Positions 29,608 through 32,000 of a stretch of 32,000 nt of DNA are shown one piece after another; positions within the stretch are counted from its first letter, which is position 1; each line of letters begins with the position of its first letter. The notes beneath the pieces are model-generated. The model worked only from the letters and a program-made list of their open reading frames with translations. It was not told where the DNA came from and made no database searches. Origin of the DNA: Methanothermobacter thermautotrophicus str. Delta H (GTDB lineage Archaea > Methanobacteriota > Methanobacteria > Methanobacteriales > Methanothermobacteraceae); contig NC_000916.1 in the NCBI RefSeq assembly GCF_000008645.1, positions 1 to 32,000 of the forward strand, in the 5' to 3' direction. The position numbers and the translations under genes were made by a program.

Positions 29608-31269
29608 GTGGTGCCAGTGGAGGACCTTGTCTACAGGTACGCACTCCTGAACGCTGTGAAACACAGGGGAAGGGCAAACCCGGGGGCCGTCATGGGGGCC
29701 GTCATGAGCAACGAACCTGAACTCAGGAAGATGGCGCCCCAGGTTAAGGAAGCAGTTGAGGCCGCTGTTGAGAGGGTTAACAGTTTAAGCCCCGAGGAGC
29801 AGCAGCAGGAGATGGAGAGGCTGGGCCTTGAGATCACCGAGAGGAAACAGAAGAAGCGGAAGGGTCTAAGGGAACTGGCCGGGGTGAAGGGTGAGGTGGT
29901 CCTCAGGTTCGCCCCCAACCCCAGCGGACCCCTCCACATAGGCCATGCAAGGGCCGCGATCCTCAACCATGAATATGCAAGGAAATATGACGGCAGGCTC
30001 ATCCTCAGGATAGAGGACACGGACCCCCGCAGGGTTGACCCGGAGGCCTACGATATGATTCCAGCCGACCTTGAGTGGCTGGGCGTTGAATGGGATGAGA
30101 CAGTTATCCAGAGCGACCGCATGGAAACCTACTATGAGTACACAGAGAAACTCATAGAGAGGGGTGGTGCGTATGTATGCACATGCAGGCCGGAGGAGTT
30201 CAGGGAACTCAAGAACAGGGGAGAGGCCTGTCACTGCAGGTCCCTTGGTTTCAGGGAGAACCTCCAGCGATGGAGGGAAATGTTCGAGATGAAGGAGGGC
30301 TCAGCCGTTGTGAGGGTTAAAACGGACCTGAACCACCCAAACCCTGCCATAAGAGACTGGGTCTCAATGAGGATCGTTGAGGCAGAGCACCCACGCACCG
30401 GTACACGCTACAGGGTCTACCCCATGATGAACTTCTCAGTGGCGGTTGATGACCACCTCCTTGGCGTGACACACGTCCTGAGGGGTAAGGACCACCTGGC
30501 AAACAGAGAGAAGCAGGAGTACCTCTACAGGCACCTTGGCTGGGAGCCCCCCGAATTCATACACTACGGGCGCCTGAAGATGGACGACGTTGCACTCAGC
30601 ACCTCGGGGGCCCGTGAGGGCATCCTCAGGGGTGAGTATTCTGGATGGGACGACCCACGCCTCGGAACCCTGAGGGCCATTGCAAGGAGGGGTATACGAC
30701 CGGAGGCCATAAGAAAGTTAATGGTTGAAATCGGCGTAAAGATAGCAGATTCCACAATGAGCTGGAAGAAGATCTACGGCCTCAACAGGAGCATCCTCGA
30801 AGAGGAGGCCAGGAGGTACTTCTTTGCTGCAGATCCTGTTAAACTTGAAGTGGTGGGTTTACCCGGACCTGTCAGGGTTGAAAGGCCCCTACACCCGGAC
30901 CACCCTGAAATCGGGAACAGGGTACTTGAACTGAGGGGTGAGGTGTACCTGCCGGGCGATGACCTTGGGGAAGGACCGCTGCGCCTCATAGACGCGGTTA
31001 ACGTGATCTACTCTGGGGGTGAACTGAGGTACCACAGTGAGGGCATCGAGGAGGCCCGTGAACTCGGCGCTTCAATGATACACTGGGTCCCTGCAGAGTC
31101 CGCCCTTGAGGCCGAGGTCATCATGCCGGACGCCTCCAGGGTGAGGGGAGTCATCGAGGCTGACGCATCAGAACTGGAGGTTGATGATGTTGTGCAGCTT
31201 GAGAGGTTCGGCTTCGCCCGCCTGGATTCTGCAGGCCCAGGAATGGTCTTCTACTATGCCCACAAATGA
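29608..31269 (+). CDS. gltX: Glutamyl-tRNA synthetase (archaeal type)
   Basis: 553 aa, class I, with PNPSGPLHIGHARAA (HIGH motif). GTG 29608 abuts the idsA stop; in-frame GTGs at 29611 and 29617 are alternative starts. Confidence 0.93.
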   Translation: MVPVEDLVYRYALLNAVKHRGRANPGAVMGAVMSNEPELRKMAPQVKEAVEAAVERVNSLSPEEQQQEMERLGLEITERKQKKRKGLRELAGVKGEVVLRFAPNPSGPLHIGHARAAILNHEYARKYDGRLILRIEDTDPRRVDPEAYDMIPADLEWLGVEWDETVIQSDRMETYYEYTEKLIERGGAYVCTCRPEEFRELKNRGEACHCRSLGFRENLQRWREMFEMKEGSAVVRVKTDLNHPNPAIRDWVSMRIVEAEHPRTGTRYRVYPMMNFSVAVDDHLLGVTHVLRGKDHLANREKQEYLYRHLGWEPPEFIHYGRLKMDDVALSTSGAREGILRGEYSGWDDPRLGTLRAIARRGIRPEAIRKLMVEIGVKIADSTMSWKKIYGLNRSILEEEARRYFFAADPVKLEVVGLPGPVRVERPLHPDHPEIGNRVLELRGEVYLPGDDLGEGPLRLIDAVNVIYSGGELRYHSEGIEEARELGASMIHWVPAESALEAEVIMPDASRVRGVIEADASELEVDDVVQLERFGFARLDSAGPGMVFYYAHK

Positions 31270-31283
31270 TTTTTCTGTTTTCT
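31270..31283 (+). terminator. Oligo-T tracts immediately after gltX (TTTTTCTGTTTTCT): candidate archaeal terminator
   Basis: A T5 and a T4 run lie within 12 nt of the stop. Further T6/T6 tracts lie at about 31301-31306 and 31329-31334. Confidence 0.45.
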
Positions 31284-31409
31284 GGGGTTTATAATTCCTT
31301 TTTTAACAGGGTATCCCTGAGAAAGAATTTTTTGTTTTCCAGCAGTGATCCGGCTTCTTCACAGGCTGGGGATTCAGCACAGCAATTTTTATTAACTCCA
31401 GTGGACTAC

Positions 31410-31422
31410 ATGATAATATCAT
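31410..31422 (+). promoter_or_regulatory. 13-nt perfect palindrome ATGATA-A-TATCAT overlapping a TATA-like element upstream of dapL
   Basis: Located 37-49 nt upstream of ATG 31459. The AT core GATAATATC is suitably placed for a TATA box, with a predicted TSS near 31440. The SD GGAGGA is at 31447-31452. Confidence 0.35.
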
Positions 31423-31458
31423 TCTTCTCGTGTTGAATTAACTTCTGGAGGATAAATC

Positions 31459-32000
31459 ATGGTGACTGTAAACGAGAACTACCTGCTACTTAAAAGCAGC
31501 TACATATTCTCCGAGATAAACAGGAGAGTTGAGGAATTCCAGAGAAAAAATCCTGACGCTGACATAATCAGGATGGGTATAGGTGATGTGACAAGGCCCC
31601 TCCCGGAGGCAGTTGTTGAGGCCTTCCACAGGGCCGTTGATGAGATGGCAGAGGAGGAGACATTCAGGGGCTACGGACCGGAACAGGGATACCCCTTCCT
31701 CAGGGAGGCCATAGCAGAGAACGACTACGCTTCAAGGGGAGTTGATATCACAGCAGATGAGATCTTCATAAGCGACGGTGCCAAGTGCGACACAGGAAAC
31801 ATCCAGGAGATCTTTGGACTCGACAACGTTGTCGCTGTCACAGACCCTGTCTACCCTGTTTACGTTGAGAGCAACGTCATGGCAGGACGTGCCGGCCCGG
31901 CAGACGACGATGGAAGATACAGTGGACTTGTCTACCTCCCATGTACAGAGGAGAACAGCTTCATACCCTCCCTCCCAGAGGAGAGGGTGGACCTCATCTA
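31459..32000 (+). CDS. dapL: LL-diaminopimelate aminotransferase (5' part; continues beyond the window)
   Basis: Not in the ORF track because it is open at the window edge. Manual translation gives [49 protein letters not shown]...[12 protein letters not shown]..., the DapL-type class I aminotransferase N-terminus. Confidence 0.85.
   Translation, partial: MVTVNENYLLLKSSYIFSEINRRVEEFQRKNPDADIIRMGIGDVTRPLPEAVVEAFHRAVDEMAEEETFRGYGPEQGYPFLREAIAENDYASRGVDITADEIFISDGAKCDTGNIQEIFGLDNVVAVTDPVYPVYVESNVMAGRAGPADDDGRYSGLVYLPCTEENSFIPSLPEERVDLI

Overview
Every gene I can recognise is on the + strand. The window holds the archaeal translation/transcription super-cluster: S10-, spc- and alpha-like ribosomal-protein blocks, interspersed with SUI1/aIF1, RNase P Rpp29, SecY, adenylate kinase, a DUF106 membrane protein, cytidylate kinase, Cbf5, RNA polymerase subunits D/N/K, enolase and S2. 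This is followed by a mevalonate/isoprenoid block (Memo-like protein, mevalonate kinase, isopentenyl phosphate kinase, IDI-2, RNase J, GGPP synthase), then GluRS and the 5' part of LL-diaminopimelate aminotransferase. From memory, unverified, the protein sequences look like Methanothermobacter (Methanobacteriales). Two tRNA genes are present: a class II tRNA-Ser(GGA) and an interrupted tRNA-Pro. Three genes missing from the ORF track were found by hand: S14, RpoN, and dapL, which runs off the window end. Several ORF-track starts are N-terminal over-extensions and were trimmed. I see no CRISPR array, mobile element, defence island or convincing new multi-gene system; this is core housekeeping DNA. 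The points worth a second look are: (1) L13 and S9 lie in one uninterrupted reading frame with no stop between them; (2) the tRNA-Pro is best explained by two introns, each with a strict bulge-helix-bulge motif, and a C33 anticodon loop; (3) cytidylate kinase shows an apparent 3' frameshift or truncation; (4) S3 carries a repeat-built acidic tail; (5) a few structured intergenic gaps interrupt otherwise tightly coupled operons.
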